Shown here: positions 55,669 to 62,438 of the stretch, piece after piece
How the letters are laid out: the number at the start of each line of letters is the position of its first letter
Position numbering within the stretch: the stretch's first letter is position 1
Origin: Myxococcales bacterium
GTDB lineage: Bacteria > Myxococcota_A > UBA796 > GCA-2862545
Direction: 5' to 3'
NCBI GenBank assembly: GCA_019634415.1
Contig: JAHQVJ010000214.1
Span: forward strand, 38 to 64,037
Length of the DNA: 64,000 nucleotides
Program-made: the position numbers and the translations under genes
The notes under the pieces: generated by a model
Databases searched by the model: none
What the model saw: the letters and a program-made list of their open reading frames with translations, nothing else
What the model was told of the DNA's origin: nothing

Positions 55669-56721
55669 TCACTGCGCGAAGTCGCGTGTCACGATGCTGG
55701 ACAGACCCCAGGGCAAGCGCCAGTCGTCGTCGCGCTCGTCGTTGCTGGCGAAGAAGACGCCGAGATCGGAGTCCGGGTAGCGGATCGCCATGGCGTAGAA
55801 GATGCCGTTGCCGCCGTCGTGCCACACCTCGGGGCCGGCATCGGTGTCGCTCACCACCCAGCCGTAGCCGTAGAACGTGCTGCCGTCCTCGAACTCGCGC
55901 ACGTAGGGGGTCTGCGAGGCGTCGACGGCGTCGGCGGTCAAGGCCGTGTGGTCGCGCAGGGCCCGGTGCCACGCGAACAGGTCGTCCACCGTGGAGAGCA
56001 GGCCGCCGTTGGCGCGCAGGTTCCACCAGGGACCGTCGTCGTCCCAGTCGAACTCGAGCGGCGTCTTCCAGCGAGCCGGCCACGCGTGTCGGCCCTGGGC
56101 GATGCGCTCGTCTGGCCAGCTGGGCAGCAGGTAGCCGGTCTCGGACAGCCCCGCTGGAGCGAAGACCAGGTCCTGCAGGGCCTCCTCGTACGGCAGGCCG
56201 GTCTCGATCTCGAGGATGGCCCCGAGCAGCGAGTAGTTGTGGTTGGCGTAGCTGTAGCCGGTGGGGCTGGCGTCGGGCTGCAGGGAGCGACGGGAGATGG
56301 TGTCGATGACGTCGTCGCGGGTGATCTTGGCGTAGTCCCGGAGGAGGCTGGGATCGAGGATGCCGGACGTGTGGGTCATCAGGTCGTGCAGGGTGAGGTG
56401 GGCCTTGTCGTCGGGCAGCTCCACCCAGCGGGTGACCAGATCGTCGGGGGTGAGCACCCCTCGGTCGGCCAGCGCCATGATGCCAGCGGCCGTGAACTGC
56501 TTGGTGAGCGAGCCGATGTCGTAGACGGTGTCGCGGGCGCAGGCCACGTCGGGGCGTCGGCAGGTGCCGGAGGCGTCGGCGAGGAGCACGTCGTCTCCCT
56601 GGGTGACGAGCACCGTGCCGGCGAAGCCGTCCTCGGCGAAGGCGTCGAAGTAGCTCTGCAGATCGTGGTCTGCGGGATCGGGCAGGGGCACGTCGGTGCA
56701 GCCGAGCAGGGCGAAGAACAT
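55669..56721 (-). CDS. serine hydrolase (beta-lactamase family) lipoprotein
   Basis: I trimmed the start to ATG 56721 after GGAGG and found a lipobox (FALLGC). It has an SxxK motif (IGSLTKQF) and a YSN-like YANHNY. Confidence 0.75.
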   Translation of the reverse strand: MFFALLGCTDVPLPDPADHDLQSYFDAFAEDGFAGTVLVTQGDDVLLADASGTCRRPDVACARDTVYDIGSLTKQFTAAGIMALADRGVLTPDDLVTRWVELPDDKAHLTLHDLMTHTSGILDPSLLRDYAKITRDDVIDTISRRSLQPDASPTGYSYANHNYSLLGAILEIETGLPYEEALQDLVFAPAGLSETGYLLPSWPDERIAQGRHAWPARWKTPLEFDWDDDGPWWNLRANGGLLSTVDDLFAWHRALRDHTALTADAVDASQTPYVREFEDGSTFYGYGWVVSDTDAGPEVWHDGGNGIFYAMAIRYPDSDLGVFFASNDERDDDWRLPWGLSSIVTRDFAQ

Positions 56722-56778
56722 GGGAACCTCCAGCAACACACACGAACAGTGTGGTGACAGGTTCCGGCGGATCACGGA

Positions 56779-57624
56779 TCAGACCTGCTCGACGCGCTCC
56801 ACCTGATCGGGGAAGGCCTGCTTGAGGGTGCGCTCCACGCCGTGCTGCAGGGTGGCGCTGCTCGCCGGGCAGGAGCGACAGGCGCCGGTGAGCGCCACGC
56901 GCACCACGCCGTCTGCGATGCCCACCAGCTCGATGTCGCCTCCGTCGCGGTGGATCGCAGGCGCGATGCGCTCCTCGATCACCTGCCGCACGGCGGTGTG
57001 CAGTTCCCCCTCCGCGCCTCTAGCCTCCGTCCCCATCACCGGGCCACCGCACAGCAGGAAGTGCTCGCGGATGGCAGCGTCTACCGCGCGGTCCAGGCGA
57101 TCCCAGGGGGTGTCGGGCACGCGCTCCACGGTGACGGTGTTGTCGCGGAACAGCACGGACTGCACCCCGTCGATGGCCAGCAGCCGTGCGGGTAGGCCCG
57201 TCAGCTCCCCGTCGGGAGTGACGAAGGCGGGTCGGCCGCTTCCCAGGGGGCGGCTCGCCATGTACAGCCTGCCGTCGGGGTTCGGCGTCTCTCGGCCGCG
57301 CAGCTCCATCTGAAGCGAGATCAACCAGCGGTCGTCGCGCAGGTCGAGGGTGCGGCCGCGGAGCAGGTCCAGATCGGCGTCGGAGGCGGTGAGGGGGAGG
57401 GGATCGAACTCCGGGGCGGGTGGCCCCTGGGAGTCTCCCTCGGTGACTTGCACAGCCCGTCCGTTGAGGACCTCGACGGTCTCGACGTGCACCCCGCTGC
57501 CGTCGGGCAAGGACTGCAGGCGCTGGCGTGCCGCGTCGGACAGCGCCAAGGGTGCCGTGTGGTCGTGCATCTGCAGGGGTCGCTGCAGGCCGAGCGCGTC
57601 GCGCAGGGTGGAGAAGAGTCCCAT
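56779..57624 (-). CDS. NifU-family Fe-S cluster protein (Nfu_N plus NifU C-terminal CxxC domain)
   Basis: I trimmed the start to ATG 57624. It has an Nfu_N-like block (ETPNPDGRLYMASRPL ... IDGVQSVLFRDNTVTV) and a C-terminal RDGGDIELVGIADGVVRVALTGACRSCP. Confidence 0.7.
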   Translation of the reverse strand: MGLFSTLRDALGLQRPLQMHDHTAPLALSDAARQRLQSLPDGSGVHVETVEVLNGRAVQVTEGDSQGPPAPEFDPLPLTASDADLDLLRGRTLDLRDDRWLISLQMELRGRETPNPDGRLYMASRPLGSGRPAFVTPDGELTGLPARLLAIDGVQSVLFRDNTVTVERVPDTPWDRLDRAVDAAIREHFLLCGGPVMGTEARGAEGELHTAVRQVIEERIAPAIHRDGGDIELVGIADGVVRVALTGACRSCPASSATLQHGVERTLKQAFPDQVERVEQV

Positions 57625-57741
57625 GGGTGGTGTCCTCGCCCCCGCCCGTAACACCGAGCTGCCGGAAGGCCCGCAGCCGAAGGCTAGGGCCCAAGGGAAT
57701 CGTAGCGCGAGGGAGTCGCGCGGGATTCCGGCGTCAGGGGC

Positions 57742-58242
57742 TCACTCGGTGGGGGGGATGTCGAACTCGAACGCCCGCTCCCACGTCTGCACGGAGGTGT
57801 CTGCGGTGGTCTGCTCTCCGGTCCACCCCACGGCTCCGGTGACGGCACCGTCCTCGTACAGATCGAGGTCCACTGTGCTGCGCTTGTCGGTGTAGTCGTC
57901 GGGGTCCGTCTCCATGGCGGGGAAGACGGCGTCGCCGAAGGCCCCCTGCAGTGACAGTGTCACCACCCCGTCTCGGTTCACGGGCTCGCCGGGAGCGGCG
58001 ATGTGAACGGGCCCGGAAGCATCCACGGCGAGGGCGCCGTCCTCGGACGTGACGGAGGCCTCGACGGGAACGCGTAGGCCATCCGGACAGCTCACTCCGA
58101 TGGTGAGATAGACGCTACCGAAGCCCGGCTGGCGTGTGGTCTGGGTCCCAGACTCCTGATCCACCCACTCGGCGGCACCCTCTCCGCGGGTCACCATGGC
58201 GTCGACCTCCCCCTCCTCGCCGTCGAACCAGTGGCCGAGCAT
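57742..58242 (-). CDS. hypothetical protein (start uncertain)
   Basis: This is the 3' part of the 559-aa track ORF. The frame has high GC3 from at least ATG 58242 (MLGHWFDGEEG) to the stop. The frame stays open for 125 nt upstream with no canonical start. Confidence 0.4.
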   Translation of the reverse strand: MLGHWFDGEEGEVDAMVTRGEGAAEWVDQESGTQTTRQPGFGSVYLTIGVSCPDGLRVPVEASVTSEDGALAVDASGPVHIAAPGEPVNRDGVVTLSLQGAFGDAVFPAMETDPDDYTDKRSTVDLDLYEDGAVTGAVGWTGEQTTADTSVQTWERAFEFDIPPTE

Positions 58243-58367
58243 CGGCCCGTCCCGCTCGAGGATGGCCCGTGCGTCGGCCAGACTCTCTGCACGCTTCGCT
58301 CCAGCGGTGCCCCATCGCAGCGTAGCCGTGGTGTGGGCGGAGTGTCGCGTGGTCTTCTCGTCTCGAC

Positions 58368-59072
58368 TCAGGGCTCGATCTCGATCAGCGCGGTGATGGG
58401 GATCACCTGCCAAGACACGTTGTCGGGTGCAGAGGGATAGTCGGACCAGCCGAGGTCGTTCAGCGACGGGTCCACCATGAAGACGATGGCATCCTCGATG
58501 CCGAGGGCGTTGTTCGGCTGGTCGAAGAGCCACCCCGGAACGTCGACGGCCTCGCCCGTGATCCAGCGGAACCCGCCCGCCGGCTCGGCCGAGGCGGGGC
58601 GCTGGATCCCTCCGATCCACGGGCCGATGTCGAACCCGTCGCTGTTGCGGACGAAGGCGTCGTCGAAGTCTTGGAGGAGCTCGGCCTCGATCCACTCGTC
58701 CTCCGGCACGGAGTCGATGCAGGCGAGGTAGCCGCCGAGGGCCTCGGCCTCGGCCTTTGCCTGGGCCCAGGTCAGGGCCTCGGTCTTCAGGATGCCGTAG
58801 TAGTGACCGTTGCCGCCTACGGCCGGATCCCACAGCATGGGTGGTGTCAGGAACTGTCCCGCCCAGCGCTCCCGTGGATTCGACGGATCGAAGGCCAGGT
58901 CCTGCCCGGCGACACCGTCCTGGCCCATGGGCCCGGTCGGTCCTGTAGGGCCCTCGGGTCCGGTGCCACCTGGGAGCCCTGCTTCGCCTGCTGGACCCTG
59001 GGGTCCTTCGGGACCCTCCAGCCCCACGCATCCGCCGAGAATCGCGAGCCACACCACTGAAAGCCGCATCAT
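58368..59072 (-). CDS. lipoprotein with collagen-like Gly-X-Y stalk and C-type lectin-like domain (collectin-like)
   Basis: It starts at ATG 59072 after GGAG and has a lipobox (AILGGC). Fourteen uninterrupted GXY triplets occupy 58899..59024. A CTLD-like region follows: HYYGILKTEALTWAQAKAEAEALGGYLACIDS..E..WI, WIGG, FRWITGE, QPNN and WSD. Confidence 0.65.
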   Translation of the reverse strand: MMRLSVVWLAILGGCVGLEGPEGPQGPAGEAGLPGGTGPEGPTGPTGPMGQDGVAGQDLAFDPSNPRERWAGQFLTPPMLWDPAVGGNGHYYGILKTEALTWAQAKAEAEALGGYLACIDSVPEDEWIEAELLQDFDDAFVRNSDGFDIGPWIGGIQRPASAEPAGGFRWITGEAVDVPGWLFDQPNNALGIEDAIVFMVDPSLNDLGWSDYPSAPDNVSWQVIPITALIEIEP

Positions 59073-59136
59073 GGAACTCCATACGAACGGGTCGTTCGAC
59101 CTGCCTGCGTCGTATGGGACGACCGTGGGGGCGACC

Positions 59137-59164
59137 CTTCCGCTCCCTTCCGCTGGCTTCCGCT
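59137..59164 (-). promoter_or_regulatory. three exact AGCGGAAG direct repeats at 10-bp phasing upstream of the collectin-like gene
   Basis: The plus-strand cttccgct occurs at 59137-44, 59147-54 and 59157-64. The repeats lie 65-92 nt upstream of ATG 59072. The last copy overlaps the upstream gene's stop codon. Confidence 0.4.
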
Positions 59165-60176
59165 ACCCGGGTCGGCGCATGCCGAACCAGGTCATGATGC
59201 CGCCGATGATCGTGCTGATCACGGCGAAGAGACTCATCACGTCGTCGACGGGACCCGCGAGCCCCAGCACGTCGCGCAGCACCGAGGAGTCCGCCACCAC
59301 CACCGGCAGCGCGATCTGCTCGAGGCGCAGCGGCGAGAAGGTGTCGGACTCCACCGTGCCCAGGTAGACCTCGAGCAGGCAGTCGTCGCCTGTCTCCTTG
59401 GCCGTGACCGTCCAGGTCCACACCATCGGGACGGCGGTGCTGTAGGCCACGCTGCTGCGATCCGCGGGGTCCACCGTGAAGCAGCGGCCACCGATGGCCT
59501 GAGCGGCGTACACGTCCGCCTTGGGGGTGTCGCCCGTGGTGAGGGCCCCGGTCTGGTTGGCCAGCGCCTTCTTCGGGTCTCCGTCGGGACGGGCGTCGAT
59601 GACGAAGCGCACCTCCTCGGAGCTGTCGAGCTGCATGGCCTTGGGGTGCTTGACCCCCCAGGGCAGCTTGTCGACGGGGACCGCGGGCGCCTCCTCGACC
59701 GGCTCGGTGGGAGGGAGCTCCACGACCACGTCCGACGCCATCGACCGCACGGCTCGCTTGGCGCGCCGCTTCGCCGCGCGCGGGGTGGCGGGGGGCAGGG
59801 CACGGGTGGCTGCTGGCTCTGCGGCGACCTCTCCGAGAGCATCGAGTCCCTCGTCGGCCACGGCCTCTGCGGCCTTGGCAGCCTCCGCAGGCGCTTCCAT
59901 CGCCAGCTCTGCCTCCGGCTTGGCGGCGGCCGTGGCCACAGCAGGCGGTGGAGCGGCCACCTCCTCACCTGCCGTCGCGTCGTCGTCGGGCCAGTAGATG
60001 GAGTCGTCGAACTCCACCACGGCCGTGGGAGCGGGCTCGACGAGCATGTCGCCCCAGCCCTCGTGAGGCTTCAGCGGCGAGTCGACCCACTCGTAGTAGT
60101 GGTTGGCGGAGGTGAAGCCGAGACTGGCTCCCCCCATCAGGAGCACGAGCCCCACCACAGAAGCGATCGTACGCAT
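59163..60176 (-). CDS. hypothetical membrane protein (N- and C-terminal helices, Ala/Glu/Pro-rich linker)
   Basis: It is 337 aa with an N-terminal helix (IASVVGLVLLMGGASLGF) and a C-terminal helix (LFAVISTIIGGIMTWF). I recognise no family. Confidence 0.5.
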   Translation of the reverse strand: MRTIASVVGLVLLMGGASLGFTSANHYYEWVDSPLKPHEGWGDMLVEPAPTAVVEFDDSIYWPDDDATAGEEVAAPPPAVATAAAKPEAELAMEAPAEAAKAAEAVADEGLDALGEVAAEPAATRALPPATPRAAKRRAKRAVRSMASDVVVELPPTEPVEEAPAVPVDKLPWGVKHPKAMQLDSSEEVRFVIDARPDGDPKKALANQTGALTTGDTPKADVYAAQAIGGRCFTVDPADRSSVAYSTAVPMVWTWTVTAKETGDDCLLEVYLGTVESDTFSPLRLEQIALPVVVADSSVLRDVLGLAGPVDDVMSLFAVISTIIGGIMTWFGMRRPG

Positions 60177-60218
60177 GCCTGCCCTCCGGTGCCCGCTCTG
60201 TTTACCGCACCTCGCGCG

Positions 60219-60623
60219 TCATGGGGAGCGCCGCCACCCCCCGAACAGCGCTCCGAACACGCCGAACGCGATGGCATGGAACGACATGTTGATGGCGAGC
60301 ACCGTCATGGAGCGGCCCGCGAACAAGGTGCCGCCGAGGTGGATCACCACCACCGCGCCGAGCCACACGAGCCACGCCACCTTCATGCCGTCCCAGGCAC
60401 TCTGGGGCTTGGTGAGCCCCACGACGGCGGCCACGCACCACACCTTGAGCAGGTTGGCGGCCATGGAGATGCCGTACACCGCGCCGTTGCCCTCCATGGA
60501 GGAGGGGTCGAGACCCTGCTCGGCGAACCAGAGGGCACCGAAGAGCGGGCCATACCAGGCGAAGCCGAAGAACACGTCGAACAGGAACGCCGCCACGACG
60601 GCGGGCCAATGGATGGACGTCAT
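60219..60623 (-). CDS. DUF1761-like small membrane protein
   Basis: I trimmed the start to ATG 60623 (MTSIHWPAVVAAFLFDVFFGFAWYGPLFGALW). It has four helices. An ATGA overlap links it to the upstream SRPBCC gene. Confidence 0.6.
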   Translation of the reverse strand: MTSIHWPAVVAAFLFDVFFGFAWYGPLFGALWFAEQGLDPSSMEGNGAVYGISMAANLLKVWCVAAVVGLTKPQSAWDGMKVAWLVWLGAVVVIHLGGTLFAGRSMTVLAINMSFHAIAFGVFGALFGGWRRSP

Positions 60624-61042
60624 GCACCCTCCCCAGGATCGAGGCTGACCAGCAAGCGGGCCAGCTTGGAGCGGATCTGCGGCCGCCAGCCCAGTGCGTG
60701 CACCAGGCGGAGGAACAGCCCGCGAAAGCCGGTGTGATCGAGCTGCAGCAGGGTGCCGCCGTCGACGGCGGTGAGCTGCCAGCTCACGGTGGTGGGGGCT
60801 GCCATGGCGCTGCCCTGCCAGCTGTAGACGAGGCGCTCGGGAGGATGGCACTCGAGCACCTCGCCTCGGATCTGCCCGTCCCATCCTGGCCAAGCGGGCA
60901 TGCGCAGGGTGAATTGCGCGCCCACCTCGGCGCGGAAGTCGCTCGGCGCCAGCCACCGCTCCAGCAGCTCGGGCTCCGTGAGGCAGCGCCAGACGAGCTC
61001 GCGAGGGTGGGGCAGGTGCTCCGACAGCTGGATGTCCCTCAT
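60620..61042 (-). CDS. SRPBCC (AHSA1/START-like) domain protein
   Basis: I trimmed the start to ATG 61042 (MRDIQLSEHLPHPRELVWRCLTEPELLERW). This N-terminus is typical of the Aha1-like SRPBCC proteins often paired with ArsR. Confidence 0.65.
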   Translation of the reverse strand: MRDIQLSEHLPHPRELVWRCLTEPELLERWLAPSDFRAEVGAQFTLRMPAWPGWDGQIRGEVLECHPPERLVYSWQGSAMAAPTTVSWQLTAVDGGTLLQLDHTGFRGLFLRLVHALGWRPQIRSKLARLLVSLDPGEGA

Positions 61043-61374
61043 GCCGAGCCGCCGTCGAGCTCGGACAGCAGCGACCGGAGCGCCCCCAGCCGCTCGCCCC
61101 AGAACACGTGGTACCGCGCCGTCCACTCGGCGACGGCGCGCAGTGGCTCTGCGTGGAGCTGGTACACGCGCTGTCGGCCCTGCCGCCGCACGCGCACCAG
61201 GTCTGCCTCGCGCAGGATCTTGAGGTGCTGCGACGTGGCCGACATCGACAGGCCCAGCGGCGCAGCCAGCTCGGCCACGGGCCTGTCGCCCCCACAGAGC
61301 AGGTCGAGGATCTGGCGCCGCGGTGGTGCCGCTAGGGCGCGAAACGTATCGGTCGACGATGAGGTGCGAGGCAT
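61039..61374 (-). CDS. ArsR/SmtB-family transcriptional regulator
   Basis: It is 111 aa with a winged HTH (FRALAAPPRRQILDLL ... VAELAAPLGLSMSATSQHLKILREADLV). Its stop overlaps the next start (ATGA). Confidence 0.85.
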   Translation of the reverse strand: MPRTSSSTDTFRALAAPPRRQILDLLCGGDRPVAELAAPLGLSMSATSQHLKILREADLVRVRRQGRQRVYQLHAEPLRAVAEWTARYHVFWGERLGALRSLLSELDGGSA

Positions 61375-61407
61375 GCCGATTTATATTTTAGCAGTTCCTA
61401 AAGTCAA
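61375..61407 (-). promoter_or_regulatory. sigma70-like promoter giving a leaderless or near-leaderless arsR transcript
   Basis: The minus-sense sequence reads TTGACT-16 nt-TATAAA-TCGGC-ATG. There is no Shine-Dalgarno sequence between the -10 element and the ATG at 61374. Confidence 0.4.
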
Positions 61408-61544
61408 GAAGGATCGAGGGGGCCACGAGTTCCTGGAGCTGGGGCTCGCATGGCAGGATGCGGTGAGGCGATGCTGGTGTGGGCGGTGACCGCTCTGGGA
61501 GGCTCGACCATCTACTTCGACGTTCGATCGCAGAGCGTGACCTG

Positions 61545-62423
61545 ATGCGCGCCGGGTGGTTGCTGTGGCTGGTGGGGTGTGGTGGGGCTGCCCCCGAGGG
61601 CTTCGAGCCTGCCGATCTGTCGGACCCCGACACGCTGGCGCACCTGGAGCGGCAGCTCCATCCCGACCTGCTCTCGAGCTGGGGCAACCCCTTCCTCGGG
61701 ACCTTCCCCAAGTGCGAGTCCGTGTTCTTCGACAAGGACGGGGGCGTCATCTTCGATGGCTGGTGCGAGCAGGACGACCTGATGCTCTACGGGCGAGCGG
61801 TGCGAACGAGCACATCGGCCTCGACCCGCATCGTCTACAACGGGCTGGTGCTGGAGAACGACGTGTCGTGCACCAACGGCACCTGGTCCAACGCACTGAG
61901 TACCTCGGCCCATCGCGTGGAGGTCCGCTACGACGGGGTGACCAGCCGATGGGCGGACGGATCGGCTTGGTACTCGCTGACGGGCCACGTGCGTACCTTC
62001 CCGAAGTTCGGGGAGATCGAGTCCTCCTGCGACGATCGGTCCTACGCCTTCGTGCTGGACTACAGCGGCGCTGTCTCGACGGACGGCACGTGGACCGCCG
62101 AGGGCACCTACGCGGACACCCTGGTGGGCGAGGTGGCCTTCGAGACTCCACGCCGCGACGACGATCCGGCCGGTACCCGCTGCACCTTCGAGCCGGTGTC
62201 GGGAAGCACGACCTACCGTGCCGGCGAGCGGGAGGCCGTGCTGGTCTACGATGGAGCCGTGGCCTGTGATGGTGCGACCCCCTGGACCCTCGACGGTGAA
62301 CCCCAGGAGATGGCCGTGTTCACGAAGGGCTGCAGCACATCTCCAGGGGCGGCGGGGTGGCTCGGCCTCGGCCTGGTGATGCTCGCGCGACGCCGCCGCT
62401 TTGCAGGTACGATGGCCACTTAG
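61545..62423 (+). CDS. secreted lipoprotein with MYXO-CTERM-type C-terminal sorting signal
   Basis: I trimmed the start to ATG 61545 (MRAGWLLWLVGCGG lipobox). The C-terminus GCSTSPGAAGWLGLGLVMLARRRR matches the Gly-Cys / hydrophobic / Arg-cluster MYXO-CTERM pattern. Confidence 0.6.
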   Translation: MRAGWLLWLVGCGGAAPEGFEPADLSDPDTLAHLERQLHPDLLSSWGNPFLGTFPKCESVFFDKDGGVIFDGWCEQDDLMLYGRAVRTSTSASTRIVYNGLVLENDVSCTNGTWSNALSTSAHRVEVRYDGVTSRWADGSAWYSLTGHVRTFPKFGEIESSCDDRSYAFVLDYSGAVSTDGTWTAEGTYADTLVGEVAFETPRRDDDPAGTRCTFEPVSGSTTYRAGEREAVLVYDGAVACDGATPWTLDGEPQEMAVFTKGCSTSPGAAGWLGLGLVMLARRRRFAGTMAT

Positions 62424-62438
62424 CTGGGAGTCTTCACC

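Noticed and set aside
58899-59024. The Gly-X-Y run as a mere GC-rich low-complexity artifact
   Set aside because: The 14 triplets are perfectly in phase. They lie in the same high-GC3 frame as the lipobox and the lectin-like domain, and they are Pro-rich at the X position, as in genuine bacterial collagen-like proteins. I therefore retained it as a feature.
57742-59421. 559-aa minus-strand ORF treated as one gene
   Set aside because: Its upstream two-thirds is an off-frame shadow over the collectin-like and membrane-protein genes. Only the last ~166 codons look coding.
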